Source of the DNA: Microcystaceae cyanobacterium | GTDB lineage: Bacteria > Cyanobacteriota > Cyanobacteriia > Cyanobacteriales > Microcystaceae | Direction: 5' to 3' | Assembly (NCBI GenBank): GCA_041746575.1 | Contig: JBGTGT010000011.1 | Span: 92,660 to 156,659 of the forward strand | Length of the DNA: 64,000 nucleotides | Part shown: piece after piece, positions 51,109 through 59,739 of the stretch | How positions within the stretch are numbered: the first letter of the stretch is position 1 | Layout of the letters: each line of letters begins with the position of its first letter | Translations under genes and position numbers: made by a program | Notes under the pieces: model-generated | The model's database searches: none | The model's input: only the letters and a program-made list of their open reading frames with translations | Told to the model about the DNA's origin: nothing

Positions 51109-52702
51109 GTTTCCCCAGTCTTTCTGGTCTTATGACCGCTTTATGGAAATCGCCGGACTGAAAGCCGCTATTCCTCCCCTTGGTATTATTACCGTCGCCG
51201 CCCTCCTCCCCCAAGACTGGGAAATCCGATTTTATGACCGCAATGTTAATCTTGAAACCGAAGCAGATTGGGACTGGTGTGACTTAGTCATTCTCTCCGC
51301 CATGTTGGTACAGAAACCAGATTTTCAGTTTCTGATTCAAAAAGCCGTTCAGTTAGGCAAAAAAGTGGCAGTTGGTGGACCTTATCCTACTTCTGTTCCC
51401 CAAGATGCCCTAGATTGTGGGGCGCATTATCTCATTTTAGACGAAGGAGAAGTCACTATTCCCCTGTTTTTAGAAGCGATCGCTCAAGAAAAAACCACTG
51501 GCACCTTTCGTTCCCTCGAAAAACCCGATGTTACCTTTAGTCCCATCCCTCGCTTTGATCTCCTTCAGCAAAACGCTTACTTAATGATGGCGGTTCAATT
51601 CTCGCGCGGGTGTCCCTTTAATTGCGAATTTTGTGATATTATTTCCCTCTACGGACGTAAACCCCGCACCAAAGAACCCAGTCAGATTTTAGCTGAGTTA
51701 GAGACCCTTTATGATTTAGGCTGGCGTGGCTCGCTGTTTATCGTCGATGACAATTTTATTGGCAATCAGCGCAACGTCAAACGCTTTCTCAGAGAATTGA
51801 TTCCATGGATGAAGGAACATCACTATCCTTTTACCTTCATTACTGAAGCCTCTGTCAATTTGGCAGAAGATCACGAATTACTGCACCTCATGGCTGATGC
51901 TGGTTTTTATGCCGTTTTTCTGGGAATTGAAACCCCCGATCAAGATAGTCTGCACATCACCCGCAAAGTACAAAATACTCGCAACCCATTAGTAGAAGCT
52001 TGTCGCCAGATTAATGAGGCAGGGTTATTGATTTATGCGGGATTTATCCTCGGTTTTGATGGAGAACGGACAGGAGCAGGGCAAAGAATTCAAGCCTTTA
52101 TCGAAGAAACCAGTATTCCTCAGCCGATGTTAGGGATTCTCCAAGCGCTACCGAATACAGCACTCTGGACTCGCCTAAAACAAGAACAGCGTTTAGTGGA
52201 GGGAGACAGTAGTCATCTGACAGGAGATCAAAATACCCTGATGAATTTTATCCCCACGCGTCCGCTTGCCGAAATTGCGAAAGAATATGTTGAAGGCTTC
52301 TGGACACTGTATGAACCGACTCATTATCTCCGACGCTGTTTCCAGCAATGTCTCAGTCTGGGTTCGTCGTCAAGATCTCAGCAAACAATGCAATTTCCTA
52401 TCAATAAGGGATTACGATTATTGACTCAATTAATCTGGCATCAGGGGATTCGCCGACCTGAAATTCGGGTACAGTTTTGGCAACAATTATGGACTATTTT
52501 GCGAAGAAAACCTCAAGTTCTCAATCTGTATTTAGGGCTATGCGCTGCGGGAGAACATTTTTGGGAATACCGAGCTTTAGCCAGAGAACGGATTAGTCAA
52601 CAGCTAGGCTATGATCCGATGCACTTATCTTTGGATTCTGTGGCAAAAACAAGTTTTGAAGAGCAAAATACCGCCGATAGTATTCTGAATTTTAAGGCTT
52701 AA
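51083..52702 (+). CDS. Cobalamin-binding radical SAM protein (HpnP-like, DUF4070)
   Basis: YPKFPQSFWS, PPLG, GGPYPT, SRGCPFNCEFCDI, VDDNFIGN, TEAS. Confidence 0.9.
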   Translation: MKTLLLYPKFPQSFWSYDRFMEIAGLKAAIPPLGIITVAALLPQDWEIRFYDRNVNLETEADWDWCDLVILSAMLVQKPDFQFLIQKAVQLGKKVAVGGPYPTSVPQDALDCGAHYLILDEGEVTIPLFLEAIAQEKTTGTFRSLEKPDVTFSPIPRFDLLQQNAYLMMAVQFSRGCPFNCEFCDIISLYGRKPRTKEPSQILAELETLYDLGWRGSLFIVDDNFIGNQRNVKRFLRELIPWMKEHHYPFTFITEASVNLAEDHELLHLMADAGFYAVFLGIETPDQDSLHITRKVQNTRNPLVEACRQINEAGLLIYAGFILGFDGERTGAGQRIQAFIEETSIPQPMLGILQALPNTALWTRLKQEQRLVEGDSSHLTGDQNTLMNFIPTRPLAEIAKEYVEGFWTLYEPTHYLRRCFQQCLSLGSSSRSQQTMQFPINKGLRLLTQLIWHQGIRRPEIRVQFWQQLWTILRRKPQVLNLYLGLCAAGEHFWEYRALARERISQQLGYDPMHLSLDSVAKTSFEEQNTADSILNFKA

Positions 52703-52719
52703 TTTTTGTTTAAATCTTC

Positions 52720-53268
52720 CTACACTCCTACAGAATTTTCTGAAATTTGACAGGAGTGGCAATAACCACACATCGACCACCGTTTTTCTTCCAAGGGTAA
52801 CAGAGGAGACTGACAAAGGGGACAAAGGGGAAATTGGTGGCTTCTTTGACGAATAATCTCAGCCCAGCCTTGAAAAGCTTCCTCTGGCGTTGCATTACAT
52901 CTTTTTATGTCCTCAATTTCAAAAAGAGGACTGGAAGGGAACTGTTGGTTTTCTAAATTCGTTTGAGGGGGGTTTACAGTCCAATAGACTGAAGAGAAGT
53001 GAATATCATTTAGCGGCTCATCGAGAAGGCGATTTAATGGCTTAAGGATAGTATAGCGTTGTAAGGTTAAATGTTGTGCGATCGCCGCACTTTCCGTTCC
53101 TACCCAAAGAATTTGACGACGAATCCCCATCGGTCGGGTTTTAGAGGCAAATTTAGCTGGAACAACAGTTTTCCAATGGGTTACGATGGCAGAATAGCGA
53201 TGATAGTTTTGCCATGCCGGTTTACGCTGAATCTGATTTAAGAGCGTTGCAAGGGTGGTAAAAGCCAT
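52720..53268 (-). CDS. DUF721/DciA-family protein with C-terminal Zn-finger
   Basis: W..VV......TRP.....L.V..S...AQHL; CPLC...WSMCGYC. Confidence 0.8.
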   Translation of the reverse strand: MAFTTLATLLNQIQRKPAWQNYHRYSAIVTHWKTVVPAKFASKTRPMGIRRQILWVGTESAAIAQHLTLQRYTILKPLNRLLDEPLNDIHFSSVYWTVNPPQTNLENQQFPSSPLFEIEDIKRCNATPEEAFQGWAEIIRQRSHQFPLCPLCQSPLLPLEEKRWSMCGYCHSCQISENSVGV

Positions 53269-53352
53269 ACTAGGGTCAATTGCGATAGAATATAATCATT
53301 CTTATCCTTCCTTTAATATTTTAGACCTTTAATTCAATCGAGTGAACAGATC

Positions 53353-53607
53353 ATGACTCAAAGACTCAAACGATGGGAATCCCCCCGCCGTCAAGGGCGT
53401 AACGACAAAGGTAAAGGCGGCTCAGCCCGACAAAGACAACTGAAAAAACGAGAAAAACAGCTACGCAAAAAACTGAAAGACTCATTAGAAAACCAAAATA
53501 ACAACCTCTGGGAGAAGAAACTAAACTTCTCCCTCTTTTTTGGGCGTCAGCGAAAAATCAGCGACTCGATAAGCCACCTTCGGATTTTGGTAGAGGTCGT
53601 TTTCTAG
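53353..53607 (+). CDS. Small basic protein; candidate ArfA-like alternative ribosome-rescue factor
   Basis: RWESPRRQGRNDKGKGGSARQRQLKK, very Arg/Lys-rich; internal terminator before the stop. The CDS is likely real; the function is inference. Confidence 0.6.
   Translation: MTQRLKRWESPRRQGRNDKGKGGSARQRQLKKREKQLRKKLKDSLENQNNNLWEKKLNFSLFFGRQRKISDSISHLRILVEVVF
53510..53541 (+). terminator. Intrinsic terminator located inside ORF 53353-53607
   Basis: GGGAGAAG-aaactaaa-CTTCTCCC (8-bp stem) followed by TCTTTTTT. Confidence 0.75.
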
Positions 53608-53610
53608 AAA

Positions 53611-53870
53611 TCAATAGGAATAGATAACGCCATCTACCTGCTTATTATGCCAATCGGGAACAGCAGATGGGAGACTTTTGACGATTAATAGACGAGCTTG
53701 GTAATACTTGGCCAGTTTTTCAGTATTTGAGTCATTTATGACAGCAATACGCATATTTTTTTAGATCTTGAGGCTTGGGTAATTGGATAGCGATCGCCCC
53801 AGCTAATCCAACTTTAAGGGCGTTTTTTAAAGGTAAAAAAAACGTGGAAGATAATACGGTTAAAAGTTGT
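53611..53870 (-). pseudogene. Fragment of an amino-acid-binding (GluR0/SBP type 3-like) gene
   Basis: ...PKPQDLK, then a frameshift in an A run, then MRIAVINDSNTEKLAKYYQARLL.VKSLPSAV...NKQVDGVIY, resembling a GluR0-type ligand-binding lobe. Confidence 0.4.
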
Positions 53871-54059
53871 CATTTTTCTACTTATTTTTTTAGGGTGTCA
53901 TATAATTGGGATTCATTGGCAGAAATTAACGAATTGCGAAGAAGCGTCCCCTCAAATTTTTCGAGATGGCTCATCACTTTATCGGGATCGAATTTAGGCG
54001 TTGGTGAATGTGAAATGTTATGGAGTCTAGAATAAGAGTTAAAAAATTCTTGTGAAGTA

Positions 54060-54505
54060 ATGGACTGTCCTAACTGTAAATCATCACAAAAGAAGAAGAA
54101 TGGTTTTCGTCGAGGAAAACAATCATTCAGATGTAAGCCTATTTCTAGTTATTCCTTTGTCAGATTAGAGAAAGCTGGAGAAGAGGAAAACAATCATTCA
54201 GGTGTAAGCCTATTTCTAGAGCAGATCCAACAGAAGTTAAACAACTTTGTTTAAAAATGTATCTCAATGGAATGGGATTTAGAGCGATTGCCAGAGTAAC
54301 TGAGACCAACCATACCACAATGATCAATTGGCTAAAAGCGGCTGAAGAATCTTGATCTGACGACCCCCAAGAGAATAAAATACCAGAAATTACAGAAATA
54401 GATAAGCTACTCACTTTTGTTGGCCACAAAAAGAACAAACTTTGGATTTTGACAGTCGTTAATCACAAAAACAAGGGGATTTTACTGGGGAACATTGGCG
54501 ATCGC
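54060..54505 (+). mobile_element. Degraded IS1-family transposase
   Basis: MDCPNC...KKNGFRRGKQSFRCK zinc-finger start; EVKQLCLKMYLNGMGFRAIARV HTH; PEITEID..TFVGHKKNKLW. Contains an internal stop, frameshift and truncation. Confidence 0.88.
54112..54219. repeat. 37-bp direct repeat (1 mismatch) flanking a 34-bp unique insert
   Basis: GAGGAAAACAATCATTCAG(A/G)TGTAAGCCTATTTCTAG at 54112-54148 and 54183-54219. Confidence 0.9.
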
Positions 54506-54978
54506 TATTAGCAATGGCATAGAAGTTCGCGCTCAACACTGAGCGTTTTCTATTTAATTCTGCCTAGCTACTTATTATAATACATAATTAAATAATTAAA
54601 AAAAGACAAGTGAAATTGAGTAAATATTTCTCGGGACAAATCCGACGAAACCTGAATTTTTCTGAACTTTTTCCTAATCTTACCTGAAAAAAACCGTATT
54701 TTTTTGCTGAGCATATCAGACATACTAGGATTATCAAAAACAGATTAACTTTCGAGAAGTTGCAAAAGATTATGCTTACTTAGGTTAGCTTTATCTTGTC
54801 AAAAGTGATCGAAGACACTCCAAAAAGTGATGAGTATCATGGGATTTTATAGCCTCAATACCTATAACAGATCATAGTTGGTGTTGAACCAACATTGATT
54901 AAAAATGGTGATTTTTACCAGTAAATATCATCATTGCAAAGCAGTTTGTGTTAAATCGTAATATTACTTAGCGAAAAG

Positions 54979-55398
54979 ATGCCTAACAAAAGAAGCCGAC
55001 ACAAAAAAAGTCAAAAGTTTTATTGTCCTTGCTGTCAACGTCGTTTGTGGCGAGTCGGTAGTCCGAAGCATTATATTTTTTATGAAGGAAGGGAAGAAAT
55101 TCAGAAAGGATTTAAACTGCCTGCCTTAACAGCCGCCTTGCTAGCTGCCCAAAATAACGTCTGGGTAGATCGACAAGTTTGGCTAGAAGAGTTTTTTTGT
55201 GAAGAACATGGCAAAATGTGGATGCGCCTCTTTCCCTCGCCAGAAGGACTGCTGTGGGCGCAACTCGCTAAACAAGAAGACTGGCAAAAAACAATCTTTA
55301 CCCTTAATCCTGACCACCCTCAATGCGGGGTAAGTGAATTTACTTACCGTTCCAGCCGTCGTAGTCATCCCAATTTAAACAAAAAGTATTATGAGTGA
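54979..55398 (+). CDS. Conserved cyanobacterial hypothetical protein with a putative Zn site
   Basis: Basic N-terminus, FYCPCC, WLEEFFCEEHG, NP....VSEFTYR.SRR. Confidence 0.7.
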   Translation: MPNKRSRHKKSQKFYCPCCQRRLWRVGSPKHYIFYEGREEIQKGFKLPALTAALLAAQNNVWVDRQVWLEEFFCEEHGKMWMRLFPSPEGLLWAQLAKQEDWQKTIFTLNPDHPQCGVSEFTYRSSRRSHPNLNKKYYE

Positions 55399-55597
55399 AA
55401 CAACTTTTTTAAAAACTTGCGCCTAGTTTGCAGAAAATCATGATTATTATCAATTTTCCCAATTCTCGAAAATCAAAGACTTTGTACCTCAAAAATAAAA
55501 AAATGACCCTCTTATTAAACAAAATAAAAGGGCTTGTTTGAGCTTTAAAAAAGGATTGAAGGGGCAGGGTTAAGGCGATCGCAATCTAAATGTTTTC

Positions 55598-55942
55598 TTA
55601 TATTCCTCTAGCAAAACGATTCACCAAAGAAGAAACAATTGATAAGACAATTGCACCAATCACGGCTGGCCAAAACCCCTGAACGACTAATCCGGGAGTC
55701 AAAAAAGCGGCCAACGATAAGGAGATTGCATTAACAACTAATAAGAACAAACCCAGCGTCAGAATCGTTAAAGGCAACGTCAAAAGGGTTAGAAGGGGTC
55801 TAACCGTCGCATTGATAAAACCAATCACAATCGCCGCAATTGCCGCCGCTAAAATACTATTAACCACGACACCGGGGACTAGATAAGCTGTAATTAATAC
55901 TGACGCCGTTGCTAATAACCAAGTTAATAAGAAACCAAGCAT
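55598..55942 (-). CDS. YvlD/DUF360 ('phage holin family') membrane protein
   Basis: INATVRPLLTLLTLPLTILTLGLFLLVVNAI. Confidence 0.88.
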   Translation of the reverse strand: MLGFLLTWLLATASVLITAYLVPGVVVNSILAAAIAAIVIGFINATVRPLLTLLTLPLTILTLGLFLLVVNAISLSLAAFLTPGLVVQGFWPAVIGAIVLSIVSSLVNRFARGI

Positions 55943-56101
55943 ATTCGTTCAGAGAAAGATTTTTAAAAGAGCAAAATCGTTTTACATTTTAACCTATATT
56001 CCGCCGTTGGTCTACTGACTAATATTTACCAATTTAAAGCTTTATTATCAAAAAATGATTAGGAAGGAATGACCTCTCCCGATTGATCGAGAATCAGCAA
56101 T

Positions 56102-56338
56102 AATCCCGAATTATTTAGCTAAACCTGCTAAAATGGCAAGAATTAATCCAAATAACACACTTTAATTAATAAACACTTAATTATCCAGTCGTTTGCCTAA
56201 TTAATCAACTTTTTATTTTATTTGAGCTTGTCCTACATTGAGATCGGCAACGTCTCCTTGTAGGTTGTCTATCTTTTGTTCTGGTTGGACTAACACTGTC
56301 TTAAGAGAATAAGTAACAGTAGTAGGTTCTTGACTCAT
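56102..56338 (-). pseudogene. Decayed small coiled-coil protein with C-terminal TM helix (common cyanobacterial multicopy family)
   Basis: MSQEPTTVTYSL...KIDNLQGDVADLNVGQAQIK*KVD*LGKRLDN*VFIN*SVLFGLILAILAGLAK*FGI: one frame, five TAA stops. Confidence 0.7.
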
Positions 56339-56460
56339 GGGCTAAACTCCGCAGGATATTATATGATTGTCGAATTTGTCCGCTATGATAAAAAGAGGAG
56401 CTTCAGTATTTTGCTATTAACCCTTTAACAGTCTTTGTTAACAATGACAAATGAATATTA

Positions 56461-58428
56461 ATGAATATTAAAGAAAAATTGCAATCTCCTCTGGTCACTT
56501 TCCTGTTATTCATGGTGGGGTCGTTTTCCCTGTTTTTTCTTTTCTCCAATCGTTCCAACAATCAACCGAACCCTCGTCCCTATAGCGAATTTCTTAAGCA
56601 AGTTGAAAACGATAATGTTTCTCAGATTATTTTAGGAAATCGCTTCATTTTATACCGACCTAAAACGGAAATCACTGAAAAAGAGCAAGCCGCCTGTGTA
56701 TTTTTGACGCCTTCTCCGTCTGTCTCCCCTGTTTCCGACAATTCGAGTAACCCTTTCCACGCCCCTACGGAGTCTTTCTCTGCCATTCCTTCAACGGTTT
56801 ATCCGTCTTCTTCACCTGTCTGTTTTCTGACAACTGTCCCGATTAATCATCCCCAACTCATCGAGACCTTACAAGCCAAAAATATTACCTTTGAAGCCCC
56901 CCCTGTCAAGAGTAGTTGGTTTCAAAATATTTTAAATTGGGTAATTCCTCCGATTATTTTAGTTTTAGCGATGCAATTTTTGTTTTATCGTAGCGAAGGT
57001 CGACAATCTTTAGCTTTTAGTAAAAATAAAGCCAAAGTTTATGTAGAAGGGGAATCAGAAAAAATCACCTTTGCCGATGTGGCAGGTGCAGATGAAGCAA
57101 AAACTGAATTAGTCGAAATTGTTGAATTTCTAAAGCATCCTGAGCGATTTAGTCAAATTGGTGCAAGAATTCCTAAAGGCGTGCTTTTAGTCGGACCTCC
57201 CGGTACAGGGAAAACCCTACTTGCCAAAGCGGTAGCAGGAGAAGCAGGCGTCACTTTTTTTAGTATATCTGCTTCTGAATTTGTAGAATTATTCGTCGGG
57301 ACGGGAGCAGCCAGAGTACGGGATTTATTTGATCAAGCGAAGAAAAAAGCCCCTTGTATTATTTTTATAGATGAATTGGATGCCATTGGCAAATCCCGCA
57401 GTGGAGGCAACTTTCATAGTGGCGGCAATGATGAAAGAGAACAAACCCTCAACCAACTATTGACAGAAATGGATGGTTTTAGTGTAGGAGATGCCACTGT
57501 CATCGTACTAGCCGCAACCAATCGCCCAGAAACCCTTGATTCTGCCCTTTTACGCCCCGGACGCTTCGACCGTCAGGTTTTGGTTGACCGTCCTGACTTA
57601 AGTGGACGAATGGCGATTTTGGAAATTTATGCAAAACGAGTCAAATTAGCAGAAAATATTAATCTTAAAGAAATTGCAATGAGAACGCCCGGTTTTGCAG
57701 GGGCAGAGTTAGCAAATCTTGTTAATGAGGCGGCTTTACTAGCGGCCAGAAGTCAACGGGAGCAGATCACTCAACAAGACTTTAAAGAAGCGATTGAACG
57801 AGTGATTGCAGGATTAGAGAAAAAAAGCCGCGTTTTATCGGATAAAGAGAAAGAAATTGTCGCTTACCATGAAGTTGGCCACGCGTTAGTGGGAGCAGTG
57901 ATGCCGGGTGGAGGAAAAGTATCAAAAATTTCTATTATTCCCCGTGGTTTATCTGCGTTAGGATATACTTTGAAAATGCCGACAGAAGACCGATTTTTAA
58001 TGAGTGATCTAGAATTTTGTGAACAAATTACCATGTTACTCGGTGGCAGGGCGGCAGAAGAAATTACCTTCGGCAGTGTGACCAATGGTGCGTCAGATGA
58101 TTTACAAAGAGCGACCCATATTGCAGAGTTAATGGTCACCACCTATGGCATGAGTAAGATATTAGGGCCATTAGCCTACGATAAAACCCAAAGTCGTAAT
58201 TTTTTAGGCAATAATGGCGGCAGTGTCCGTCGTTTAGTATCTGAAGAAACGGCAAAAGCGATTGATGAAGAGGTGAAACAGATTGTAGAAAAGGGTTATA
58301 AGCAAGCCGTCGCAATCTTACAATCAAACCGTGAGTTATTAAAAAAAATTGCCCAAACGCTGTTACAAAAAGAGGTGATTGAGGGAGAAGAATTAGAGGC
58401 TTTCTTAAATCAAGTTGAGAGCAAGTAA
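56461..58428 (+). CDS. ftsH: ATP-dependent zinc metalloprotease FtsH (FtsH4-like paralog)
   Basis: [40 protein letters not shown]. Confidence 0.95.
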   Translation: MNIKEKLQSPLVTFLLFMVGSFSLFFLFSNRSNNQPNPRPYSEFLKQVENDNVSQIILGNRFILYRPKTEITEKEQAACVFLTPSPSVSPVSDNSSNPFHAPTESFSAIPSTVYPSSSPVCFLTTVPINHPQLIETLQAKNITFEAPPVKSSWFQNILNWVIPPIILVLAMQFLFYRSEGRQSLAFSKNKAKVYVEGESEKITFADVAGADEAKTELVEIVEFLKHPERFSQIGARIPKGVLLVGPPGTGKTLLAKAVAGEAGVTFFSISASEFVELFVGTGAARVRDLFDQAKKKAPCIIFIDELDAIGKSRSGGNFHSGGNDEREQTLNQLLTEMDGFSVGDATVIVLAATNRPETLDSALLRPGRFDRQVLVDRPDLSGRMAILEIYAKRVKLAENINLKEIAMRTPGFAGAELANLVNEAALLAARSQREQITQQDFKEAIERVIAGLEKKSRVLSDKEKEIVAYHEVGHALVGAVMPGGGKVSKISIIPRGLSALGYTLKMPTEDRFLMSDLEFCEQITMLLGGRAAEEITFGSVTNGASDDLQRATHIAELMVTTYGMSKILGPLAYDKTQSRNFLGNNGGSVRRLVSEETAKAIDEEVKQIVEKGYKQAVAILQSNRELLKKIAQTLLQKEVIEGEELEAFLNQVESK

Positions 58429-58453
58429 GGAGTTAGATTTAATTTATCTAAGT

Positions 58454-59227
58454 TTAAGCTTTAAATTGCTTTTCAACCGCATTCAACAGAATTTCACGCG
58501 GTAAAAAACGAGAAATATTGGCAACAATTTGATTCTCTAAACCACCTGTTACTAAGGAAGATTGATTCTTTGCAACTGCTTCTAAGGCCGCTTTAACGAC
58601 TGTTTCTGCGGAGACAAGTTTACCATTGCCTGACATTTTTTCTGGAAATTCTGCTTTTTCAAAAAAGTTGGATTCTGTGGGGCCAGGACATAAAGCTAAG
58701 ATTTTGATCCCTTTATTTTTATTTTCTGCCCATAACGCTTCACTAAAGCTTAGTACAAAGGCTTTTGTTGCACTATAAACTGAGAGATAAGGTAAAGCTT
58801 GAAAGGCAGCTATCGAGGAAACATTGATAATTTTTCCTTGTCCTTTTTGTAGCATTTGTGATAAAAAAAGATGGGTTAATTCCACCAAAGCTGTGATATT
58901 GAGTTGGATCATTTCCACTTGCTTACTGAGGGGACGTTCTGAAAAGGTACCATAATCTCCAAAACCGGCATTATTAATCAAGAAATTAATGGTTAATCCT
59001 TTTTCGGCGACCTGATTGAAAACCGTTTGACTAGCATTTGCTTGTGTCAAATCCTGTACAATAACATTGGTTTTAATGCCATAACTTTCTTGTAGTTGTT
59101 GAGCGAGTTGGTGTAATTTATCTTGAGAACGAGCAACTAGAACTAAGTTAAAACCATTAGCCGCTAGTTCTTGAGCAAACGCTTCACCAATTCCTGAAGA
59201 TGCACCTGTAATTAACGCTGTTTCCAT
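58454..59227 (-). CDS. Short-chain dehydrogenase/reductase
   Basis: TGASSGIG, NNAG, YSATK. Confidence 0.92.
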   Translation of the reverse strand: METALITGASSGIGEAFAQELAANGFNLVLVARSQDKLHQLAQQLQESYGIKTNVIVQDLTQANASQTVFNQVAEKGLTINFLINNAGFGDYGTFSERPLSKQVEMIQLNITALVELTHLFLSQMLQKGQGKIINVSSIAAFQALPYLSVYSATKAFVLSFSEALWAENKNKGIKILALCPGPTESNFFEKAEFPEKMSGNGKLVSAETVVKAALEAVAKNQSSLVTGGLENQIVANISRFLPREILLNAVEKQFKA

Positions 59228-59279
59228 GCCTAAAATTGCTTATCCTGAGTGTTTATTAAAAATTGTAACACTTCTGGGC

Positions 59280-59621
59280 TTACTGCTCAAAGGTCACTTC
59301 AAGCTCATGGCGCAACGCTTCAAAATTAATGACTCTTGCCACCAGAATGCTATCTTTTTCTGCTTTTTCAAGATGATTTTGCCAGTAGCGAATATCTGCT
59401 TCTTTTTTCAGCCAAAAATCAATCATTGTATTGATCACTTCATCCCAATCCCAATCGGGTTTTTTGGAAATCAGTTGAGTTGAGTCAATAAACCCATCGA
59501 GAGTACAGGCAAAACTTCCCAAATGTGCTTTACTGCGACGAGGATTTTGTTCCATTTGTTGCTGATAACTAAAAAAAGTCAAAACAGGCGTAATGTCAAT
59601 AATACTAAAAGAATAGATCAT
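59280..59621 (-). CDS. Hypothetical protein (start uncertain)
   Basis: 113-aa ORF filling the gap between the SDR and dacB. Confidence 0.55.
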   Translation of the reverse strand: MIYSFSIIDITPVLTFFSYQQQMEQNPRRSKAHLGSFACTLDGFIDSTQLISKKPDWDWDEVINTMIDFWLKKEADIRYWQNHLEKAEKDSILVARVINFEALRHELEVTFEQ

Positions 59622-59739
59622 AAACTTCTCCTAATTCCTTCTATTAAGATTTCTGTATCTTTTGTTATCCCTTATTTAAGGGTAGGATTGGAAAAAGACT
59701 GTCTAGCTTGTTACAATTTTATAAACGTTTTAATATTTC

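Noticed and set aside
51083..52702. Assigning the symbol hpnP
   Set aside because: Cyanobacteria carry several DUF4070 radical SAM paralogs, and orthology cannot be judged by eye.
54112..54219. Calling the 37/34/37 unit a bona fide CRISPR array
   Set aside because: Only two repeats, the repeat is transposase coding sequence with no palindrome or GAAAC-type end, and there is no leader or cas gene in the window. Kept only as a possible off-target scar.
53775..54438. ORFs 53775-54035 (+) and 54160-54438 (-)
   Set aside because: They are antisense or shadow frames over pseudogene and IS1 debris.
55598..55942. Prophage suggested by the 'phage holin' family name
   Set aside because: YvlD/DUF360 is a common chromosomal membrane protein and no phage genes are nearby.
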